A stretch of 64,000 bases of DNA, taken from positions 2,232,001-2,296,000 of the forward strand of contig OZ218955.1 of the NCBI GenBank assembly GCA_965112735.1, written 5' to 3'. The first letter of the stretch is position 1. Each line of letters starts with the position of its first letter. Positions 37,472 to 49,104 of the stretch are shown here, piece by piece. This DNA comes from Phaeosaccion multiseriatum (lineage: Eukaryota > Protista > Ochrophyta, other classes). The position numbers and the translations under genes were made by a program. The notes beneath the pieces were generated by a model, which saw only the letters and a program-made list of their open reading frames with translations, ran no database searches and was not told where the DNA came from.

Positions 37472-37630
37472 TCACTCACTCACTCGCTCACTCACTCACT
37501 CGCTCACTCACTCACTTACTCACTCACTCACTCACTCACTCGCTCGCGCATCGACTCACTCACGCACGCACCCACTCACTCACTCATTCACTCACTCACG
37601 CACCCACGCACCCACGCACTCGATCACTCA
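37472..37630. repeat. (TCAC)n compound microsatellite
   Basis: Directly visible. Confidence 0.9.
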
Positions 37631-37984
37631 GATTTTGACGTGAAAGAAGGATACAAGGAGCGAGTGTATTGGAGTATTGGTCCAGGACCTCCCGGCGCAA
37701 AGACAGGAGGAGGAAAGGCCAGCGACGGCCAGCCTCCTCTCGATGGCCGGGCACCTTTATGCCAGAGAGGCAGTCTGATTTCTCGGCGGTAAAGGTAAAG
37801 CTGACAGGAATGATGTGCTCCTGATGCTTGAAGTCTACAACTCCGCCACAAGACACCAGAATCCTTTCCTAGAATGGGGAAATGAGCGTTCGACCTGGCC
37901 GCAAAGAGGCACGTCCTTCCACGAGTGTCCCCTCGGCAATCTCAGTCCGTCGGACGTCCTCCCAAGAGTCTCCCCTCGGGCATC

Positions 37985-39271
37985 TTAGTCCATCGCAGCG
38001 GCAAGCGTTTCCAGGCGGCGTAGAAAGTCTACAGGCTTGCGCACTGCCAGCCTGTTGACCAGCCAGGTCGGGAGATAGCCTCCGATGTGGAAGTGCTGCA
38101 GCAAGATCACATCCGCGCTTTCTCTCTGCCCACTCGCGTTCCCACTGAGGTGCGGTCGCATAGCGATTATGCCGTGCTTGATCTCCCCGCGCACGATGCC
38201 CTTCAAAGGGGGTTTGTCCTTATGCTCTTGCGACCGCTGCATGATGGCGAAGGCGCCGTCTGGAAGCTCCTTGTAGGTGACCTGTGACAAAAGAAGGACG
38301 GAGGCAGGCAGGGAGGGAGGGAGGGAGGGAGGGAGGGAGGAGGGACGTCAGGATACTATTGGGGGGCCCGGAGGCATGGCTGAGGGAGATGCACCGCACC
38401 TTGGTCAAAAAGTCTCTGCAGCGTATAGGGCCCATCCCTAAGGTTTTGCTCCAGCTGATCTTGGACCCCGAAAGTGCGCTGGACTCGCTGCTGCCAGTGC
38501 CGCTGCCGCCGCCTCGTGGAAGCAGAGCCTCCACATCGCAGGCATCGATGATTAGGGTATTCTGGGGATAGCGCAAGGCGGCAGCATCTATGCAAAGTTA
38601 TAATACACCTTCCATCTCAGATCGACATTGCCAGGTAGTAGACTCACATATCCTTTGATGACATCTGGATCTCCGTCGAGCAGAAGGGAGTACACTTGCT
38701 TCGCCGCCACGCGAAGTCGCGCACTGCGGAAGCCCCGCAACAAGTCAAGCACAGATATGTATCAGTGCTATTTGTATCTGTAAGCTGAGAGCTGTGTGAT
38801 GTCGTACAGCCGCCCCACCTACCGTGCAAGCACCATGATGTCCGGATCCTCGTCCACAAACTTGGTCCACACAGATATGCCATCCGCCGTGTGGAGCGCC
38901 TCGCTCCACTCGCCTAGGCATACGGAAGTGTGGTCTGAGCTAGATGTTCAAGCACGCTGAGCCTTTCCCCCCCCCCCTCACCTGTCGTGTCCAGGTCTTG
39001 AGAGCTCACAAATGATCCCTCTTCGCTGGTAAAGTACTGGGCTGGGCGTCACAGAGAGAGAGAGAGAAGATGTGAGCGAAGGTGCTTCCTGGCTGAGCGA
39101 CAGGCCAGAATATCCGCCGAGCCGGGGGGTTCGGCCTCTCCAGCCCTACCGCTCACCAGCTTTATCGAGCTGACAAGTGGCTTGGGCCAGCAACGTTGTA
39201 GACTGTCCAGGGAATGCAGACACGAGAGCTTGCACATTAAAAAAGAGCACAAGCCACGCGGGGAAAAGCAT
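37985..39271 (-). CDS. START lipid-binding domain protein with a signal peptide, multi-exon
   Basis: Starts MLFPAWLVLFFNVQALVSA|FPG. Then EWSEALHTADGISVWTK, MGPIRCRDFLTK, RSQEHKDKPPLKGIVRGEI and HIGGYLPTWLVN. Confidence 0.82.
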
Positions 39272-39648
39272 TCCCTCGAGTAGGCCACGCGTCTCGTCTG
39301 AAGTTTATTCCGCTTCCCTAGGGAACGGGAGCGAGAGATGCATCTGTGCAAACGTTGTGGAAGGCCCGAGGATACATATATTGACTTAAGAGGAATCACC
39401 TGAGAAACTGATGGTGTGTGTGTGAGACGAGAGTGTCGAGGTGGGAAGGCCCGAGGAAGGGCCCTGCGCATCTGTGATTTCGGAGAGCTACATCGTTTGG
39501 GAAATACCCCCGCGCGGAAACCCCGACGGTTTCGTTTTCTCTTGTGAGTGCCTTGACTGCGGCCCGTGTGATGACGCTGGTGATGGCAGCGCCTGGAGGT
39601 GCGGGAGGCGATGGGACCGCAAAGCCGATGCCCCCGAAGGCCACGGCC

Positions 39649-42600
39649 ATGCTGAGCAGGGAGACGCTGCGCTGGGTGCAAAGCTTGGACCTGGCGTACT
39701 CGGTGAAGAACGTGAAGAGGTGAGGTGGGGAGAGGGACTGTGAGGCCTTGATCGTTCACCGCAGCGCATTCAAATGACCCCTCTGTGCTGATTTCTTGTT
39801 GGGTGCTGTCTTTCAGGGACTTCTCCAACGGATTTCTGGTGGCGGAGATCTTCAGCCGCTACTACGACAAAGAGATTCAGATGCACAGCTACGACAATGG
39901 GACTGCGACAAGGGTGAGCTGGACAAGGACTTTCCGCCCGCACTCCCGTCCCTTCCAATGCTTACCATGTCGATTCCTTTGTGCAGGTGAAGAAGGACAA
40001 CTGGGGACAGCTCCAGAAGTTTTTCCACAAGGCGGGGTTGGAAGGCACAATAACCAATGCAGAGGAGGTGTCTGCCATCATCCAGTGCGAGGACGGTGCT
40101 GCTATTCAGTTCATCACGAGGATATACGAGGTTTTGACGCAAAGAAAGGTGCGAGGACTTCGGTCGTTTCCCACTCCTGCTTCCTTTTGCTTGTTGCCAA
40201 CGAATGTCCCTCCTGCGGCTGTTTTACTTGTCTGCACCTCGACAAACAGGTTCAGGAGGTCATAAAGAGGCCCTTGCCCGAGAATCAGCCTGCGTACGCG
40301 CGAGGAACGGGCATCTCTATGGTGAGAAGTGTGCTCAAGGGGGCCGACATGAGCCACGTGACGGACGAGACTCTGCAGCGCTCCGTGGCGAGGGGGGCTA
40401 TGAATGATTACGAGCAGGGACTGCAGGAGGAGCGCAGTATAGACCCAGAGAGGTTTAGCACTAGTGTCAGCAGCAAGATGATGAGGGGGCCGACGAAGCG
40501 GGTGGAAACCGCCGAGGTCATCCTGCCCAAGGTTGCTGTGCGGGAGATTCAAGTCAAGCAGGTACGCTGGCTGCCAGTACGCTTCCTGTCCTCCTCCTCT
40601 GCTTCACACGGCTTGACCCGCTCCCCCCCCCCAAACCAACAACATGAAGGTGGATCGGAACATTGCCCAACTAAGGGCGAACCAGGAGTTGTCCATGCGG
40701 GGCGCAGCGGGTGCGAATGGCAGTAGCATGGGAGGCGGGAGCGGGGGTATGGATCAAGGAAGCTCGAGCGTTTCCGTGGGTAAGGGGGCTAGGGATAAAG
40801 CAGGAGGGGCAGGGGCACGGCTGGCCAATAGTGGCTCAGGAATGGGCATGGGAATGTCGCAGGAGCCTTTGGAGGGGGTGGTTGCGGTCATGAACGCATG
40901 CGTTCTCAAGCGGCTGAGCGAGAAGGAAATTGGTGGTGATGCGTCCAAGGATGCCTGCACCAACTTTCTGGATAGTGTGCTGCTGTCCTCGGGGAGAGGG
41001 GGCACCGGCTCGACCTTTAGCGAAGCATCCATTGCCGGAGTGCTCGGGGCGATGGCCAACCAGGCGCACCAGCTCGCAGAGGCCGCGTGCTTCAATCCCG
41101 CTCAATACTGGCGCTGCAGCTCCTTCTTCTGCCGCTTCTTGTGTGAGGTGAGAGGGAAGCCACCAAGAAAGAATAGGAAAGCCTTGCTTGCGCGCCGCCT
41201 CACTATGTCAAACCCTCACTTCTGCTGCTGCTCGTGCGCCTTTTGAAACAATGCGCAGCTCCACTCGCACGTAGCGAGCTTCGGCGCCGCGGTCGAGGCC
41301 TTCCGGTCGCTGGGCCACTATATGGTTATGCGGGATCCCTCTGCAGCCTTTGGGCTATTTTCCGACTTTTCTCTCGCGCAACTAGCAAGCGCGATGCAGA
41401 CATCCACGCCCAAGCGCCTGCCCATCCTCCGCGTGATTTACGCCTTTACCACCGGACACGTGAACTCTCACATCCAGGCCATCAAGCGCCTGCAGACTGT
41501 GCTTTCTAGCGACATGTCGGCCTTTCTGCACACCCTGACGCTCGCCGTGCATTTGGAGAGCGAGTTTGATGAGTCGCTGCTGGACCTGTACCTCTACTAC
41601 TGCACCATTGGCCTGGGCAGCCCCTCGCCAACCCTAAGGGCCAGCTCCGTGGCAATGCTGGTGCCCCTGCTCCGCGCCTGTCCGGACAAGGCACCAGAAA
41701 TGGTATCCGTCTTGTGCAACCTTGTGCGAGAGGATACTTGGTGGGAGACGCAGGCCCAGGTTGCGCGGCTCTGTGCCTCTCTGTTGGAGGGCAGCGAAGG
41801 AGGTGGTCTTCATGGTGACAATGGCGACGCCCTGGGGGCCAACGCCTCCCCCGCCATTCAGTCTTGCACAGGGGACGTGGTGGGCATGGTGGAGCACGTG
41901 TTGCGAGCGCAGGCAGAAGACGGCAGTGCCCCAGCCGTGGTCACCGTCAAGCTCGCGCTCAAGTACCTCGCTCCTGCTCTAGCGACGTGTCCGCCAGAGG
42001 TGGCGGACCTGTTCCTGAAGGCAGTGCAGAGCTTGCCCGTGGCGGACAGCAACGCCATCCTCGGGCTGGCCAAGAGCGGCGGGGGGGGCTCCGCGTCAGT
42101 CGCATCGCCCACTGCCGCTGCTCCGTCGTCGTCCTCCTCCTCCACCACCTTGCCGCCGTCGGCCTCGTGCTCGCTCATGAAGGTGCACACCTCCGACGGC
42201 GTGGTGAGGCTGGAGCCTCTGCCGCAGCTGTGGGACGGACTCAAGCTAGCCGAGGCGCTGACCCGCCAAATCAAGCCGACCGCCAGTGGCCGAGAGACCA
42301 TGGAGCAAGAGGAGATGCAGCTCCTCGCCCTTTGCGTGTGGGGGGCATGTGGCGTCACGCCAGCCACCTCCGGCGCAGTGTGGGCACACGCAGAGGAGAA
42401 GAGTTCTCGGCTGCTTTTGTCGCAGGAGTGGCACGGCGTGTTCGAAGCACTTCGAGACTACCTTTTTATTGGGCTGTGCGACCCCCTCTGCTGCTCGCTC
42501 GCGCTCAGCATACTCAGATGCTTCATTTTCCGCTCGCAGCTCCGAGAGTCGGTGCTCAAGGAGCCGCACCTCTTGGGCGTGCTGCAGCTCCTCTACGCAG

Positions 42601-42845
42601 GCCAAGATGCGGAGGGGCAAGACGCGGAGGAGTGCCAGAGCAGGGTGGAGGAAGACCTGTTCAGGGCCGTGCACTCCGTGGGGGAGCCCTTCTCCTCCAC
42701 AGTCAGGGACGTGCTGGCGGCGTTTGTGGAGGCCTCCACTGCAGCCGCAGAGGCAGCAGCAGCGGCGAGCGGCAGCCACGCCCCACCGGTCCCGACCTCG
42801 CTGGAGCTTTTTCTAAGAGAGATCGAGACCGGGCCCGTCAAGTAA
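39649..42845 (+). CDS. SPATA4/SPEF1-family CH-like (DUF1042) protein with a long helical C-terminal extension, multi-exon
   Basis: [64 protein letters not shown] matches the SPATA4 N-terminus. [13 protein letters not shown] occurs later. Confidence 0.85.
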
Positions 42846-42982
42846 TCCCAAAATTGGAGAGTGCCCTGCCCATATGACTACGGTGCCTGCGTCACTTAAA
42901 GCTTAAAGAGTCGATAAAGAGGGTTGTATGCTATAGTACGATGTCGACCCCTGACACCCTCTCGCATACATCTCGAAAGCTA

Positions 42983-43006
42983 CGCTATTGGCGCACGCCA
43001 ATAGCG
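42983..43006. promoter_or_regulatory. Perfect 11-bp-arm inverted repeat containing opposed CCAAT boxes, about 475 bp upstream of the SulP gene
   Basis: CGCTATTGGCG-CA-CGCCAATAGCG is seen directly. A regulatory role is inference only. Confidence 0.35.
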
Positions 43007-43480
43007 GCGCGCTGAGTTAGGAAGTAAGTAAGGAAGGAAGGAGAAGGAAGGAAGGAAGGAAGGAAGGAAGGAAGGAACGGCGTGCCCGTACACCTTTTTT
43101 ACCTAAAAGTAAAAATCCGTTAGGCACCCTGTAATAATCCAAAAGGATATCAGGACCAGAGTGCTGCTCCTCCCCCTTTCCTTCTTTTTCAGGTACAAAT
43201 GGATCGCAGACGGAAGGATGGAATAGGGACTGGGATAGTGCCTTTTGTTCTGCCTCTCTCGTACTCATTAAACCTTGTTCCACACTCCCCCTCTCCTCCT
43301 CTCCTTCCTCCCTCCTCTCTCTACTCTACACTCCACTGCACACACTCTACACTCCACTGCACACACTCTTCACTCCCTCCTACTCCCTTTACGGTGCCAG
43401 CTAGACTCAACACTCAGCGGGGCTCCTCCTACCTACTTCTTCAAAACGTTACCCCCACAAAGAGCCGAGGATCATAGACG

Positions 43481-46400
43481 ATGGAGGAGGACATCCTCCT
43501 CAAGGATATTGAAGGGGGTGGCAGCCGCAGCAGCAGCAGAAGCCCGCGCCCTGCCTCCACGCTGTTGATGAGCCCCAGCACTGACATATCCTTGGTGAGA
43601 GGGTCCACCGGCTCGGTGCTCTCGCAGCATAAGAGCAAACCTCGAGAGCAGGAGCCAAACACCTTTGCGTCCGGTGGCTTCAGCAAGACATGTCCTTCTC
43701 CTTTGAAATTGAGGTGAGCCTGCTTCAGAACTCTGGGGTTGCGAAGGCGACACGCTGCTTTAAACTTAGTATCCACCCTCCCTGTCCCCAGACCCTCCTC
43801 CCACCCCACCGTCCCTCAACACTCCCCCTCACTTACTATACTTCCGTTTGCAAAGGCCGCCTCTTTCTCACGCTATTCTACCTCTCTGTCTTCCGGTAGT
43901 GGGGGTGCTGGCGATGGATCGCACGCAGCAGACACCGGAGCAGGTTCTTTGAACGGCTTGGCGGCCACCTATGGGAGCTTCCATCCCGACCCTCATGTGG
44001 TGACTGCAGATTCGCTGCTCTCCAACATAATGATGAGTGGAGGCTCGGGGAAGCTTCACCCGGCGCCTTCCCTTCATTCCTCCACCGCTGGGGAGTTCGG
44101 CAGCAGCTGCGCGAGTGCCAGACTTAGTGCCTCGGGCAGCATGCACAGCAGCTTGGGAGAGGGGGGGGGAAGCACTGGGGCAGACGATCAGCGGGTCAAG
44201 AAGGCCATGCCGAGATTCATGTCTGACCACCAGCAACCCTTCGCCATCGCTTTTGCGGTCTTCATAAATCTCATCGATGCTTGCACATTTGGAACCATCC
44301 TTTTTCCTCCTCTTCTTAAGCAATTCTCGTCTGTGGGGATCAGGTGCGGGCCAGGGAGAGCATTCGTATTCTATCCGTCGTTCTCCCCATCGAGAGAGCG
44401 CGTCGGCGCGGAGAACCCAACCTCATCCCCCCCCCCCCCCTTCGTCTGTCACAGTTCCTTCCTTTTCAGCACTGCCCTGGTGCAATTGGTCTTCAACCTC
44501 ATGAGCGATTTCCGCATGGTAAGAAGGGAAGAGTGCGTGGAGAGACGGAAAGGATTTTGGAGTGAACAGTAGGCTATTATTTGACAGCTACCAAGAGTGG
44601 AGTTGATAAAGGGCGCCACTGCACTGGCTAATCACACGCTAACACTTGGCAATGATGGAGAAGTAATTTTACCAGAGTGACAAGAGGTGGCCTCTGGGGA
44701 ACCATCTCACTCTCAAGTGACTTCCTCCCTTCCTTCACTCCACACAGGGTCTTGGCACGTCAATGGCTGAGAACCTGCCGTTCCTCAATGCCATGGCCAA
44801 CAGCGTTGTGGCGACTGTGGTCAAGGAGGGCGGCGAGGCAGCAGACGCCATACCCACTGTACTGGTTGTCTACGCGCTTTCCACCGTGCTTACGGGACTC
44901 GTCTTCTATCTCACTGGATTTGCGAAGCTTGGCCAGCTTCTGAACTTCTTTCCACGGCACGTCATTATTGGAATGATCGCCGGTTTCGGGGTATTTCTGT
45001 CCATGTGCTCGTTGGAAATCGCTACGGGGTTGTCGGTGTCACAGCTGCCCATACGGGAAGCGCTTGGCTCGCTATTCAGCGCCAAATACGTGTGGCTCTG
45101 GGTCACCGTGGTGCTTCTGCAGCTCGGGCTCAAGGCGCTCGAGTCCTTTCAGGCGGCCGAGATGATCACGCCCCTTTATATGATGGTCGTCCCCTTGGGC
45201 TTCTATGCGGTGCTGCATCTGACGGGCACCAGCGTGGAGGAGGCGAGAGCCGCCGACTGGCTCTTTCCGAGGCCGCCTCCGACCAATTTCCTGGACATGT
45301 GGACGGTACGTGCGGGCGAGAGGGAAGAGACCACGGATCACTACACTTAACCCCTGAATCACAACGGTTCATCTCCTCCTCCTCTCCCTCCCGGCCCCAA
45401 GCGCTCCTCTTCGATCCCCCGCCACTCCCGCTCATGCCTCCTTACTCACTCTCTCACTCACTCACTCACTCACTTACTCACCCACCCACCCACTCACTCA
45501 CTCTCAGCGACGCTTTCGGAACGTCCCCACTTTGGGACAGTAGGCACCACCACCACAGTAGCAGCATAACTCCTCCTCTCCCCCCCTTCTTGCCCATGCT
45601 TCTGGGCCATTGACAGCTCTTCGACTTTGGGAACATCAATTGGGCATCAGTAACGGACCAGCTCAGCACCATGACTTCCTTGAGCCTGTTCCTCCTGGTG
45701 CTGGTGCCTATTCGGATCCCCACGCTTGCACTCACCACGGACGAGAACTGCGACTTTAACAAGGTAAGACCAGAAGGAGCCGAAATAACTGGCTGACTAG
45801 CATTGACAAACAATATGACTGACAGACTGACTGACTGACTGGCTGACTTGAGTGAGTGAGAGAGAGAGAGGGGAGGGGAGAGGGGAGTGATTGATAGAGT
45901 GAGGGAAAACTGACGAACTCACAGACGACTGACTGACGGACTTTGAATGAGCGAGTGAGAGAGAGACTGGGGGGAGGAGAGAGTGGAGTGATCGAGTGAG
46001 GGAGGACTAACACTGACTGACTTAAGCAGACTGACGGACTGACTTAAGCAGACTGACGGACTGACTGACTTACGGACTTGAGTGAGTGAGAGAGAGAGAG
46101 AGAGAGGAGGGAGGGAGTGTCGTGCAAGTCCGGGCTTGAGTGACTGAGTGACTGAGTGACTGACTAACTGGCTCACTAGCACTAAATGCAACAAAGTGAT
46201 AGACTGACTGAATGACTTGAGTGAGTGAGTGAGAGAGGGGGGGGGGAGGGGGGGTAGAGTGGAGTGTTCGAGTGAGGGAGGACTAACAATGACTGACTAA
46301 GAGACTGACTGACGGACTGACTGACTGACTTGAGTGAGTGAGAGAGAGAGAGAGGGGGGAGGGGAGAGTGGAGTGTCCGAGTGAGGGAGGACGAACACTG

Positions 46401-49007
46401 ACTGACTAAGAGACTGACTGACGGACTGACTGACTGACTGACTTGAGTGAGTGAGAGAGAGACGGGGGAGGGAGGCCAAAGAGAACATGGATAGAGGCAC
46501 ATGGTTCGAGGGCTGAGCGAGCAGGAGGGCTAGGGCACCTGGAGTGGAGAATAAGCCACTGAAAACGCGAAGCAAATGTTATATCGTACGAAGTATTATA
46601 TTTGTAGGCTTAACATCCCACTGCCCCTTTCCAGGAGATTATGGCACATGGCGTGGCGAATATCATCTCTGGGGCAGCGGGAAGTGTTCACAACTACCTC
46701 TCGTACAGCAACAGGTATTGAGCTCTGCCGTGCCACGCCCACCGTCACCCCAAGCCCCCTGCTCATGACGCGTGTCTGCTCTCTGTGCAATGAAACAGCG
46801 TTTTCTACTACAATTGCGGAGGCCGCGGAGCGTTCTCCCAATGGGTCATCTTCGCTGTAACAGCGGGCATGTTCTTTCTGGGCCCAGGCTTGATCCTCTA
46901 TATTCCGAGATGTGTGGCCGGCTGCGTGATGTTGACCCTAGGTAGGAAGGAGTCGGGTGGGTCACGTACCGCACCGAGCCTGAGAGCCGTTCTGAGGCTG
47001 TTCGCCTACCTCTTTCTTGTGTACATGCTGGACTGGCAGGTGTGGACCTTCTCAAGGATGCCCTCTTCGAGAGCCGAGGCAAGCTCGACAAGTTCGAGTA
47101 CGGGAGTGTGGTGCTCATCGCAGTGGTCATCGCCTGTCAGGTACATGCGCGAGAGGGGCTGTAGGAGAGAGGCAGTACGAGAGGCTGTATGCACCCCACC
47201 CATTCTCAAGTCGCCTTGCCGTACTTACTTACTTGCTCTGCACAATGCCTGCTGCAAACCAACAGGGATTCGTTTGGGGCATCGCGGCAGGGGCGTTCCT
47301 GGCGCAGGCAACCTTTGTGCTGCAAGGTGAGGGTCGGAGGGGTCCGGTAGGGGTCCGGCAGAGGTCTTCCTCCACCTCACCCCCTCTTGCTCCTCCACCT
47401 CCACCTCCCACCCCCCACCCTTCTCTCCTGCCATAGCCTCCCGTACGCAGGTCGTTCGCGCGACGTTCAGCGGCGATACTGTGCGAAGCAACACGCTGCA
47501 CAGTGATCACCAGAAGGAGCAGCTCAGTGACAGCCTCAAGCAGGTGCACGTGGTGCAGCTGCAGGGCAACGTCTTCTTTGCGAGCATTCAGCAGGTGGTG
47601 GAGGCTGTGTCTGACGTGCTGCATGGAACCAGCGCTCCTCGCCTTCCCTTCTCGTCTCCAGGGGCCGAGAGAGAACAGGAGGACAAACCTTGCTATGTGG
47701 TGCTGGACTTTGCTCTGGTAACCACGCTCGACAGCACGGCAGTGGCTGCGTTGATCAAGCTCGAGGAGTCCCTCTTGGCGGAGTGGAGCCCCCCTGTCGA
47801 AATCATCTTCGCAGGTACGTAACGTAGTATTGCGACGAGTGGTGTGCTGGTGGGCTCAGTCAATACTAAAGTCCTCGCCTCTGCTTCCCTCTCTTCTTCT
47901 CTCTCTCCTTCAGGCATGTCCCCGACAACGATGGCCCACATTGATGCCATGAGGAAAGGCGGCGAGAGCCAGCCAGACGAGGGAGAGGAGCAGGGTGGGC
48001 CGAAAGCTGAGGCGGGGAAGGAACGGGAGAGGGTGTTGGACGGGTCTGGCGCCAGAGCAATGGACAGGAGAGGATCCACGTTCCATGCTGACGTGAACCA
48101 AGCCTTGACGCGGGTTGAGCATCAACTCATTAGGGACTCCGAGAGGGCGTCTTCGCCCGCGAGCCTGGCACAGCGGGAGATTAAGAAAGTGCTTGCTCAA
48201 GGGAGGGCAACTCACGAGGACCCCCACCACTTCTCGGACAGCCTCAGCTGCACGGCCCTCGTCCACAAGATGCTCAAGGAGCTCTGCCCCGCGGACACTC
48301 CCGCTGCTGCCCTGTCTCTGCTGGCCACGAATATGCGCCCCAAGAGGTGGGTGGGGTACATGGTTGTTGGTGGGTGTGCATGTCTCTTACGGTTTCTTTC
48401 CTGTAACACAGAGAGGCGCAACTGCATATGTGTGCTTGCTCCCACACAGGTACCTTGTATCTAATGTGCTCTGGACGCAAGGCTCTCCGCCGGACAGCTG
48501 CTGCCTACTCTTGGTGGGGAGACTTGTCGTGCAGGAGGGCGACAGCGTGAGACAGACCATCATGCCCGGCAACTTGGCCGGAGAGCTGGGCCTGCTGAGT
48601 GGGGTGAGTCATCGCCGAAAGCGACAGGCGGCCCTACGGCTTAGGAAGAAAAAGGAACAAGGCCTGATGCAGCGTTCTCTTTATACCCGCAGGAGCCTCA
48701 TACGAGGAGTGTAGTTGCCGCGGAGAGTGCCGTCGTGGCCATGCTCACTAAGGATACGCTCAGCGACCTCTCCACGAGAGACCCGCGAGTCCTCGTCGCT
48801 CTTCAGGTGCGTGGGCTCGGGTGTGCGTGTGTGCGTTTGTTGCAGCCCCGCCCGCCGCCCTCTTGGCCCTTGACACGCGTCGGGCCCTCTGTTGTCGCTT
48901 CTTTCGCTGCTCCTTCGCTGTCGCAGGCCGTGGCCCTCAAGACGGCGCATCAGCGGACGCGACACTGCAGCGCGCTTCACTCTGTACACTCTCCGGCGGG
49001 GGGGTGA
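43481..49007 (+). CDS. SulP/SLC26-family transporter with STAS and C-terminal cNMP-binding-like domains (Vsb1-like), multi-exon
   Basis: NLIDACTFGTILFP, MAENLPFL, AKLGQLLNFFPRHVIIGMIAGFGVFL, PIRIPTL..DFNK-EIMAHGVANIISG..HNYLSYS. STAS: QLQGNVFFAS..VVLDFALVTTLDSTA. CNBD-like: LWTQGSPPDSCCLLLVG..PGNLAGELGLL. Confidence 0.88.
45780..46475. repeat. Higher-order minisatellite built from (GACT)n, (GAGT)n and (GA)n blocks in a SulP intron
   Basis: A unit of about 110-125 bp recurs: (GACT)n-TGAGTGAGTGAGAGAG-G run-GAGTGGAGTGxxCGAGTGAGGGAGGACxAACA. TAACTGGCTxACTAGCA occurs near both 45786 and 46165. Confidence 0.88.
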
Positions 49008-49104
49008 CAGTGACATGCTTTCTTTGTCAAGGTGCGAACGGCGAGAAGCAGGGGTATGTATGTCTTCACCGATGCTCGAGTGACTATGAGAAAGAGTGTG
49101 AATA

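Noticed and set aside
41864-42877. Long alternative-frame or antisense ORFs (also 35377-36270, 58259-59095, 62240-63088)
   Set aside because: Such shadow ORFs are expected from GC-rich codon usage in real genes and show no independent motifs.
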